Origin: an uncultured Gammaproteobacteria bacterium
GTDB taxonomy: Bacteria > Patescibacteriota > Microgenomatia > Daviesbacterales > UBA10151
NCBI GenBank assembly: GCA_964522265.1
Contig: CAZFVS010000050.1
Span: 1-7,748, forward strand
Reading direction: 5' to 3'
DNA length: 7,748 nucleotides
Part shown: positions 1-5,806 of the stretch, one piece after another
Layout of the letters: each line of letters opens with the position of its first letter
How positions within the stretch are numbered: the first letter of the stretch is position 1
The notes under the pieces: model-generated
Told to the model about the DNA's origin: nothing
Database searches by the model: none
The model's input: only the letters and a program-made list of their open reading frames with translations
Position numbers and translations under genes: made by a program

Positions 1-131
1 AGATGCTGAAACTAGTTCAACATGACAACATTGATATAGTATTGTCAACAAGACTGAACTGTTACGAATTCTTATCTTTACAGTTAAAACAACTAAATGA
101 TTATTTAAAAATGCAGCGGTTTTTGTATTAG
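1..131 (+). CDS. Possible 3' end of a CDS entering from the left window edge, or a stand-alone 42-aa ORF starting at ATG 3
   Basis: Frame 3 is open from the window edge to TAG at 129-131 and reads MLKLVQHDNIDIVLSTRLNCYEFLSLQLKQLNDYLKMQRFLY*. It is too short to appear in the supplied ORF track. 42 stop-free codons in AT-rich DNA is only mildly unlikely by chance. No domain recognised. Confidence 0.3.
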   Translation, partial: MLKLVQHDNIDIVLSTRLNCYEFLSLQLKQLNDYLKMQRFLY

Positions 132-201
132 CCCGAAAGTATAGGTATTAAACTTTTTTTGTAAAAGCGGAGTCAGGGGTTTATACAGATTATTAGGTCC
201 T

Positions 202-1131
202 TTAACTCCAAAAAACTCTGTTGACTTGCCTGGCTAATGCAGGTAGAAATTTTAAGCCTTCTTCGTTTTGTATCGCTCTTAACGAATCAGAAATAATCCC
301 CATTGATCTTTCAATAATGCCACATACAGAATCCTGATCGCCCCGTTTACCCATTGCTTGCCTTAACCATTGTCCCATTACTAAAGTGGCAAAAGCGTCA
401 CCTGTTCCCCCGGTGCCTGATCCTACACGTTCTGTAAATACTACTCTAGTGGTAGGATGCAAACCAATACCCACCGCGTTATCACCAGTAAATCTTATAC
501 ACGTACCAATACTGTCCGGTTTTCTCTCATCAATAACCGATTTAAGAATTACTAAACCTGGATATACTAAGGCCAATGCCGCAGTTAAATCTTTGGCTAA
601 TCCAACATTTACCATACCATTATCACCAACACCACACTCTTTGGGTTCCTTACCCAATAGGATTGCCGCCTCTGTAGGATTTGGTGTAATAATATCAGCC
701 ACTCTTACAAGATTACTAATCTCTTCTACTATTCCTGGGCGAGAATATATAACACTACCCTCTCCGAAACCATCTCCCATAACCGGGTCAATTAAAATAA
801 CAGTTCCATTGTGTGTCAATACCTCAGACATTTTCCTAATCAAGGGAATTTGTTTCGGATTACCAAGCCATCCTGTCTGTATACCATCAGCAACTACACC
901 CAACTCCTGCCAGAGATTTAGAGTTAGCACCATGTGCTCTGTGGTATCTAGACTACACGGCGGTAAAGGGTAATCAGTGGTATTAGATAAAATCTCTGTA
1001 TGCCACATGAGGGGAATATGCCCCATATTGATTAAAATGGATTGGGCAACCCTCGATGAGGCAACTCCTAAGCCGGAGTCATCGTGTGCTTCAACAATTT
1101 GTGCACCTATACGTACTGAGCCTTCCTTCAT
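202..1131 (-). CDS. pdxK: Pyridoxal/pyridoxine/pyridoxamine kinase family protein (ribokinase/PfkB superfamily)
   Basis: Track ORF 202..1218 trimmed to the internal ATG at 1131..1129 (MKEGSVRIGAQIV...). The first 29 codons of the long ORF run through a tRNA gene. Motifs seen: DPVMGDGFGEG (the DPVMGD signature of PdxK/PdxY), ADIITPNPTEAAILLG, the anion-hole/catalytic motif GSGTGGTGDAFATL, and N-terminal ...ILSNTTDY resembling the QFSNHTGY region. Stop codon is TAA (204..202). Confidence 0.85.
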   Translation of the reverse strand: MKEGSVRIGAQIVEAHDDSGLGVASSRVAQSILINMGHIPLMWHTEILSNTTDYPLPPCSLDTTEHMVLTLNLWQELGVVADGIQTGWLGNPKQIPLIRKMSEVLTHNGTVILIDPVMGDGFGEGSVIYSRPGIVEEISNLVRVADIITPNPTEAAILLGKEPKECGVGDNGMVNVGLAKDLTAALALVYPGLVILKSVIDERKPDSIGTCIRFTGDNAVGIGLHPTTRVVFTERVGSGTGGTGDAFATLVMGQWLRQAMGKRGDQDSVCGIIERSMGIISDSLRAIQNEEGLKFLPALARQVNRVFWS

Positions 1132-1146
1132 AATTATAGGACAAAC

Positions 1147-1232
1147 TGGTGCCGAAGAGAGGAGTTGAACCTCCACTCCCTTGCGGGAACAGCGCTCTGA
1201 ACGCTGCGTGTCTACCATTCCACCACTTCGGC
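1147..1232 (-). tRNA. tRNA-Leu (anticodon CAG), type II with long variable arm, CCA encoded
   Basis: Reverse complement reads GCCGAAG TG GTG GAATGGTAGA CAC G CAGCG TTCAGAG CGCTG TTCCCGCAAGGGAGT GGAGG TTCAACT CCTCT CTTCGGC A CCA. The acceptor stem (7 bp) and anticodon stem (5 bp) are fully paired and the T stem has 5 pairs including one G-T wobble. Variable-arm hairpin is TCCC/GGGA. A weak candidate -10 box TAAAAT lies at 1252..1247, about 14 nt upstream of the mature 5' end. Confidence 0.92.
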
Positions 1233-1268
1233 AATAGTTGTACCTAATTTTACCCTAATTAAAAAATA

Positions 1269-1296
1269 TTTGCACATTGTGCAGGTAGTGTATAAT
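1269..1296 (+). promoter_or_regulatory. Candidate sigma70-type promoter of yvcK
   Basis: TTTGCA (1269-1274, 4/6 to TTGACA), a 16-nt spacer, then a perfect TATAAT (1291-1296). The ATG at 1308 is only 11 nt downstream of the -10 box and no Shine-Dalgarno sequence intervenes. A small inverted repeat TGCAC-ATT-GTGCA (1271-1283) overlaps the -35 box. Confidence 0.4.
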
Positions 1297-1307
1297 CAAA
1301 CAGAGAA

Positions 1308-2315
1308 ATGACAGATTTTAGGATTGTCACTTTCGGGGGGGGGACAGGGCACTATACGCTTTTGCGCGGGCTTGTTGAACAAAACAGGCCGGAGCTTATC
1401 ACAGCCGTTCCTTCAACTTGGGATGACGGAGGATCCTCTGGGAGACTCAGGACTGAGATGGGAGTCCTACCTCAGGGTGATGCAAGACAATGCCTACTTG
1501 CCTTAATGACCAACGATGAGCAGAGGCAGGTGGCACAACAACTGTTCAATGATAGGTTTGCCAGTGAGCGGGGGCCCCTGCGGGGGCACAGCTTGGGAAA
1601 CCTTATCTTTGCCAGGCTGGAGCGTACTTTCCAGGGCCAGGACAGGGGGCTTGAAGCAGCCAGGGCACTTTTCAAAGTTAAGTCCAAAATAATACCACCC
1701 ACGCTGACAAATACAATTTTAATCGCCAAAACAAAAAAGGGGATTATTATAGAGGGTGAAACAAATGTTGACCACAGGAAAAAAAGGGATGACTTTGACC
1801 CAAAGGATAGGATTTCCAGATTATATTTTGATACTAAAGCTGAGGCAAACCCTAAGCTTCTTCATGAAATAAACCAGGCTGATCTTTTAGTCTTCTCATC
1901 AGGGGATTTATATACCAGTATCCTACCGCATCTTTTAATCTCCGGGGTACAGGAAGGGATATTGTCATCAAAGGCTAAACTTTTCTTTATAGTAAATCTG
2001 ATGACAAAGCTGGGCGAAACTGATTTTTATAAAGCATCCGATCATATTGAAGCTTTTCTGCATTATTTGGGGGATCCAAAAAGATTAAATTATACCGTTG
2101 TCAATGAAAACCGTATCGACAAGGAAGTGATTAACCATTATAGGGAAGAGAGCCAGGAGTGGGTTAAGATCGATGCTGAAAGAATCCATAAACTGGCACC
2201 AAAATCAAAAATACTCAAAGCCCCAATGGCTTTATATTTCCCCAGAGAACACCTTTTGCGTCATAGCTCTGAAATTTTGGCATCAACAATACTTAAAGCT
2301 GCCTCTGCCCTGTAA
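1308..2315 (+). CDS. yvcK: YvcK/CofD-family protein (UPF0052; gluconeogenesis factor / 2-phospho-L-lactate-transferase-like, cell-envelope morphogenesis associated)
   Basis: 335-aa ORF. The N-terminal FGGGTGHYTLLRGL glycine-rich loop and WDDGGSSGRLRTEMGVLPQGDARQCLLAL match the hallmark GGGTG and DDGGSSGRLR...PGD.RNCL.AL motifs of the YvcK/CofD family. Length is typical for the family. Stop codon is TAA. Confidence 0.85.
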   Translation: MTDFRIVTFGGGTGHYTLLRGLVEQNRPELITAVPSTWDDGGSSGRLRTEMGVLPQGDARQCLLALMTNDEQRQVAQQLFNDRFASERGPLRGHSLGNLIFARLERTFQGQDRGLEAARALFKVKSKIIPPTLTNTILIAKTKKGIIIEGETNVDHRKKRDDFDPKDRISRLYFDTKAEANPKLLHEINQADLLVFSSGDLYTSILPHLLISGVQEGILSSKAKLFFIVNLMTKLGETDFYKASDHIEAFLHYLGDPKRLNYTVVNENRIDKEVINHYREESQEWVKIDAERIHKLAPKSKILKAPMALYFPREHLLRHSSEILASTILKAASAL

Positions 2316-2316
2316 T

Positions 2317-2345
2317 TTGACATTCTGCGAGTTATGGGATATAAT
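2317..2345 (+). promoter_or_regulatory. Consensus sigma70 promoter upstream of the secreted hydrolase gene
   Basis: Perfect TTGACA (2317-2322), exactly 17 nt of spacer, then perfect TATAAT (2340-2345). It starts 2 nt after the yvcK stop. GGAG at 2361-2364 lies 11 nt before ATG 2376. The 10-bp palindrome TTATGCATAA (2345-2354) overlaps the -10 box and the predicted +1. Confidence 0.6.
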
Positions 2346-2375
2346 TATGCATAAGATCCTGGAGTATGACCCCTC

Positions 2376-3005
2376 ATGCCCAGGATTTTTTGTATGAAAA
2401 ATAAATTTAGAAAATTAGTCATTGTCACTTTGTTTGTTTTAATACTACTCACACTACCTGTTTCCAGGGTGGGTTCGGAGAGCATGGTCAAAACAGCAGC
2501 AGTAGAGATTACAACCAAGCAACTGGACAACAGGGCTGTTATCCTAAAGGATTATTTAGCCCAGCACAACTCACCTTTGCAATATCATGCCCAGGACTTT
2601 ATCGATGCTGCCGATACCTATAAACTGGATTATAAACTGGTTCCTGCTATCTCAGGGGTTGAATCCACATTTGGTAAAGCTATCCCTGGCGGGTATAACG
2701 GCTGGGGATGGGGAGTATACGGCAATCAGGCTCTTTACTTTAACTCATGGAGAGATGGAATCTTTACTGTCAGCAGAGGGTTAAGGGAGAATTATATAAA
2801 CAGGGGGTTAACAGACCCTTTTGCCATGAACCGAATATATGCAGCTTCCCCTTCTTGGGGTACTAATGTCTCCTACTTTCAAAATGATATTGCAGAATTT
2901 GCCAAAGCTAAAAGTTATTTGGAAAAACGAGAGCTGCCTGCAAAATATAGTAATATTGAGGCTAAAACTGCGGGAACTTCTGCAAAACTTGCTTTCAAAA
3001 ATTAA
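2376..3005 (+). CDS. Secreted or membrane-anchored lysozyme-fold peptidoglycan hydrolase / lytic-transglycosylase-like protein (putative)
   Basis: 209-aa ORF with an alternative ATG at 2394. The N-terminus has basic residues followed by a hydrophobic stretch (KNKFRKLVIVTLFVLILLTLPVS), consistent with a signal peptide or anchor. LVPAISGVESTFGK resembles the catalytic-Glu ES.FG motif of MltB-type lytic transglycosylases and of glucosaminidase/FlgJ-type muramidases. The exact family cannot be resolved by eye. Confidence 0.7.
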   Translation: MPRIFCMKNKFRKLVIVTLFVLILLTLPVSRVGSESMVKTAAVEITTKQLDNRAVILKDYLAQHNSPLQYHAQDFIDAADTYKLDYKLVPAISGVESTFGKAIPGGYNGWGWGVYGNQALYFNSWRDGIFTVSRGLRENYINRGLTDPFAMNRIYAASPSWGTNVSYFQNDIAEFAKAKSYLEKRELPAKYSNIEAKTAGTSAKLAFKN

Positions 3006-3031
3006 TTTTTATCTCGATAAGACCCCGACTG

Positions 3032-4399
3032 TCAAGTCGTTAGATCGTGGGTAGATTCATCCGTCTGAATTCCCCTGGTTGCCTGATAAATTGCATCCTT
3101 CAGAAACTCGAGGTCTTGGAGGGAGGAAATTAGCGGCGGGGTTAACCGAATTGCCGGAAAGGATTTGGAAGCAGGGTATGTCCAGACTCCAAGCTCCCTG
3201 AGTTTTAAATTAACCAAATTCCTGGTTTCCGGATCTGGTTGACTATCCTTATCATAAAATTTAATACTTCTATATAAGCCAATCCCATCAACCCTTAGTA
3301 CAGGGAGTTTACTGCTGAAGCTTGCATCGCCATATGGCTTAATTGATTTTTTCAACAGCATCCCAAACTTGGGTGAGAGTTTTCGCGCGTTTTCTACGAT
3401 TTTTTCCTCTTCGTAGATCCTCATCACAAAATTTGCAGCGGCAATACCAACAGGACTCATTGTAAAGGTTCCTGATACACGATTGGCGGGAAAAACACCA
3501 ACCTGTTTTAGTTCATCTTTAAAACCTACTATACTGATGGGGTGACCCGCACCTAACGACTTGCCCAAGACTATTGCATCGGGATCCAAACCTAATGCCT
3601 GATAGCTAAACCATTCTCCACACCTGCCTAATCCTGCTTGAACTTCATCAGAGACTGAATATATTCCCTCTTTTTTTAGTATCTGCTCCAGATCTTTAAG
3701 ATAATGGCCCACTCTCATGCCTCCTCCTTCACCCTGAACCGGTTCATATATTACACAAGCACATTTGGAAAGGGGAATCCCATTTAATTTTTCGAGACAA
3801 AATTCAAAATCTTGTATAGTCTCCGGGTAAGGCAAAAGATAAACATCACCACTTCTTTTTTTTATGCCAAAGTGGGCGGGGTTTGAATCAGAACTGTCAA
3901 GTGATTCACCATCCCGGCCGTTAAAGGATTTCTCAAAACTGATCCAGTAGGGTTTACCTGTAATCTCCTGCATATACCTAATTCCAATATTATTCGCCTG
4001 TCCACCTGTTATGTGAACTCCAAAATGGGTTTTATTCAAACCGAATATATGCGGGGCGAGCCTGTCGCAAAGAGCCGCCGGGGAGAGTTCCATCATGACT
4101 CCATCAACTTTTAGGTTTTTCCAGTGGTTTCGATAGAATCCATCTGTTCCCATAAAAGTGGTTACAACTTCACCTTGACCCGCGGCTTTCCAAAATTCCT
4201 GCATCCATCTCACGAATTTGGGATGGTTATGACCGATATTGGCAGTACTAACCTGGGAAGAAGCTTCAAAATATTTTTTGCCTTCCTCATTCCAGATCCA
4301 AACTCCAAGAGCTTTTGCTATAACCTCATTTTCATCCGGACCTATTGTAGTAGGGATTATTAAGCGTCTATGTGTTTGAGGATAGGATTCCGCCTCCAT
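3032..4399 (-). CDS. Class-III (acetylornithine/GABA-type) PLP-dependent aminotransferase, substrate unknown
   Basis: Track ORF 3032..4486 trimmed to ATG 4399..4397 (MEAESYPQTH...). This places GHNHP about 57 aa from the start, as in ArgD-like enzymes, and avoids overlap with the murT start. Motifs seen: IGHNHP, ITGGQANN, FNGRDGE (in place of the usual FHGRT), EPVQGEGGG, SDEVQAGLGRCGEWF, and LGKSLGAGHPI (candidate PLP lysine). Stop codon is TGA (3034..3032). Confidence 0.85.
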   Translation of the reverse strand: MEAESYPQTHRRLIIPTTIGPDENEVIAKALGVWIWNEEGKKYFEASSQVSTANIGHNHPKFVRWMQEFWKAAGQGEVVTTFMGTDGFYRNHWKNLKVDGVMMELSPAALCDRLAPHIFGLNKTHFGVHITGGQANNIGIRYMQEITGKPYWISFEKSFNGRDGESLDSSDSNPAHFGIKKRSGDVYLLPYPETIQDFEFCLEKLNGIPLSKCACVIYEPVQGEGGGMRVGHYLKDLEQILKKEGIYSVSDEVQAGLGRCGEWFSYQALGLDPDAIVLGKSLGAGHPISIVGFKDELKQVGVFPANRVSGTFTMSPVGIAAANFVMRIYEEEKIVENARKLSPKFGMLLKKSIKPYGDASFSSKLPVLRVDGIGLYRSIKFYDKDSQPDPETRNLVNLKLRELGVWTYPASKSFPAIRLTPPLISSLQDLEFLKDAIYQATRGIQTDESTHDLTT

Positions 4400-4454
4400 C
4401 AGATTGTTTGTAGCACATCTTAGGAAAGGGTGCAAGATCTGGTACAATTTGGGC
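4400..4454. promoter_or_regulatory. 55-bp divergent control region with interleaved candidate promoters for the aminotransferase (-) and murT (+)
   Basis: Plus strand: extended -10 box TGgTACAAT (4440-4448), with ATG 4455 beginning 7 nt after the box, and a weak -35 box TTAGGA (4420-4425, 17-nt spacer). Minus strand: TTGCAC (4435..4430), 17 nt of spacer, then TGcTACAAA (4415..4407), with ATG 4399 beginning 8 nt after the box. No Shine-Dalgarno sequence on either side. Confidence 0.4.
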
Positions 4455-5795
4455 ATGAGAAAACTTTTGGCAATACTGATTGGCAAAATAATCCATAAAC
4501 TTACCCGGACTTTTAAAATCGGGGGGGGCTCTGCAGCCCCCGGGCTTTATGCTTTAAGGATTTATCCCGGCTTGGTAGAGGATCTGTCAAGACAAATCTC
4601 CAAAAATGTGGTTATCACAGGTACAAATGGGAAGACCACCACAGCCAGGATGCTTAGTCATTTTGCTAAAATCCATGGTTTCAAAGTTATAAGAAATCAT
4701 ACAGGATCCAACCTGGAACGGGGGATAGCATCAACACTGGTTGCTAACTCAGCTTTCCACCTCGGAGGTGTCAGGCTAAACCGAGTCGATTTGGGGATTT
4801 GGGAGCTTGATGAGGCTGCTTTCAACTCTGTTGCACCAAAAATTAAACCTGACATTATTGTCTTTTTAAATGTTTTCAGGGACCAACTGGACAGGTACGG
4901 GGAAGTTGATACTGTGGTAAAAAAATGGTGTGAGACTTTAAAAAGACTGCCCGCAGATACCAAAATATTAATCAATGCAGATGACGGGAATATTGTTAAG
5001 TTATCAAATTACTGCAAGGGTAAGACACAAAAATTCGGGCTACAGGATTATAAAATAGCAGGTGAGCATGATACAATCACTCCACAAAAACTTGATTTTG
5101 AGGCTATTAACATCAAGCTGGAAGGACTTTCGGGAAGTTCCTTCCAACTTCTAACATCCAACCCCAAAATCCATCCTCCAACTTCTAACATCCAACTGCC
5201 GCTTCCCGGCATCTACCATATCTATGATTTCCTGGCAGCTTTCTTATGCGGTTTCCAGCTAAAAATACCACCAGGGATCATGATTGATTCACTTAAGGAT
5301 TTCTTCCCAGCCTTCGGCAGGGTAGAAAAATTTAGGTTGATACCTCCGGGAGAGAAATCGGAAAAAGAAGGGTATATTTTTTTGATTAAGAACCCTGCGG
5401 GCGCTACACAGGTTTTTGAAACAGTTGCACCCCATTCTAAAAAAGAAGACCGGTTGTTGATGGCTTTAAATGACAACCTGGCTGATGGGACAGATGTTTC
5501 ATGGATTTGGGATACGGATTTTGAAATATTTCAAAATCCATCCTCGGAACGTCAGTCAAGGGACTACAAAATATATGTATCCGGTACAAGAGCTCAGGAC
5601 CTGGCTGTCAGGCTTAAATATGCAGGATTTGATCCCAGCTGCATATTTGTCGAAAACAACCTGAAAAAGGCTCTGGAAGAGGCAGAAACAGATCTAAAAG
5701 GGACTCTTTATATTTTGCCTACATATACTGCTCTTCTGGAACTTCAGCGCATTCTGACAAACCGTGGCGTTAAACAGCATTATTGGAAGGAGTAG
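4455..5795 (+). CDS. murT: Lipid II isoglutaminyl synthase (glutamine-hydrolysing), Mur-ligase-like subunit MurT
   Basis: Track ORF 4404 (TTG) trimmed to ATG 4455. The resulting N-terminus MRKLLAILIGKIIHKLTR... aligns from residue 1 with known MurT proteins. Motifs seen: P-loop ITGTNGKTTT, NVFRDQLDRYGE, LPGIYHIYDFLAA (Mur-ligase L.G.HN.YN.LAA region), and the C-terminal DUF1727 motif NDNLADGTDVSWIWDTDFE. Stop codon is TAG (5793-5795). It is followed immediately by gatD. Confidence 0.93.
   Translation: MRKLLAILIGKIIHKLTRTFKIGGGSAAPGLYALRIYPGLVEDLSRQISKNVVITGTNGKTTTARMLSHFAKIHGFKVIRNHTGSNLERGIASTLVANSAFHLGGVRLNRVDLGIWELDEAAFNSVAPKIKPDIIVFLNVFRDQLDRYGEVDTVVKKWCETLKRLPADTKILINADDGNIVKLSNYCKGKTQKFGLQDYKIAGEHDTITPQKLDFEAINIKLEGLSGSSFQLLTSNPKIHPPTSNIQLPLPGIYHIYDFLAAFLCGFQLKIPPGIMIDSLKDFFPAFGRVEKFRLIPPGEKSEKEGYIFLIKNPAGATQVFETVAPHSKKEDRLLMALNDNLADGTDVSWIWDTDFEIFQNPSSERQSRDYKIYVSGTRAQDLAVRLKYAGFDPSCIFVENNLKKALEEAETDLKGTLYILPTYTALLELQRILTNRGVKQHYWKE
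5143..5196 (+). repeat. Perfect 20-nt direct repeat (TCCAACTTCTAACATCCAAC) x2 with 34-nt period inside murT
   Basis: Copy 1 is at 5143-5162 and copy 2 at 5177-5196, separated by the 14-nt spacer CCCAAAATCCATCC. The period is not a multiple of 3, so the copies are translated in different frames (FQLLTSN versus PPTSNIQL). Confidence 0.95.
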
Positions 5796-5806
5796 CAAAT
5801 AAACTT

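Noticed and set aside
23-47. Inverted repeat TGACAA-N13-TTGTCA near the left edge
   Set aside because: 6-bp arms in AT-rich sequence are expected by chance, and it lies inside the possible partial ORF.
132-201. Searched the 70-nt convergent spacer downstream of pdxK for an intrinsic terminator or small RNA
   Set aside because: Only an imperfect GTATTAAAC/GTTTATAC pairing with a 24-nt loop was found, with no convincing stem plus U-tract on either strand.
386-973. 195-aa ORF on the plus strand
   Set aside because: It lies entirely antisense to the well-supported pdxK-family CDS. Its Pro/Ser/Thr-rich, low-complexity translation is typical of an antisense frame, and it has no motifs or start context.
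1132-1218. N-terminal extension of the pdxK ORF (MVDTQRSERCSRKGVEVQLLSSAPVCPII)
   Set aside because: These codons overlap the tRNA-Leu(CAG) gene on the same strand. Kinase-family homology starts only after the internal ATG at 1131.
1324-2530. Short overlapping ORFs (1324-1506+, 1472-1729-, 2173-2397+, 2345-2530-)
   Set aside because: All are 60-85 aa alternative-frame or antisense ORFs nested in yvcK or the hydrolase gene, with no independent signals.
3022-3052. Possible bidirectional terminator between the convergent hydrolase and aminotransferase genes (CGACT-GTCA-AGTCG hairpin, 3026-3039)
   Set aside because: The stem is only 5 bp, there is no flanking T-tract on either strand, and it overlaps the aminotransferase stop codon. 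This is too weak to call.
4400-4486. Longer starts for the aminotransferase (TTG 4486, ATG 4456) and for murT (TTG 4404)
   Set aside because: The extensions would make the two divergent genes overlap with no promoter space. The murT N-terminus aligns with known MurT from ATG 4455. The aminotransferase GHNHP motif spacing fits ATG 4399. The ATG at 4456 remains a weak alternative.
5783-5806. TTG start for gatD overlapping the murT stop
   Set aside because: Known GatD proteins begin at the equivalent of MKLII. The TTG lies upstream of and overlaps the GGAAGGAG Shine-Dalgarno-like sequence instead of following it.
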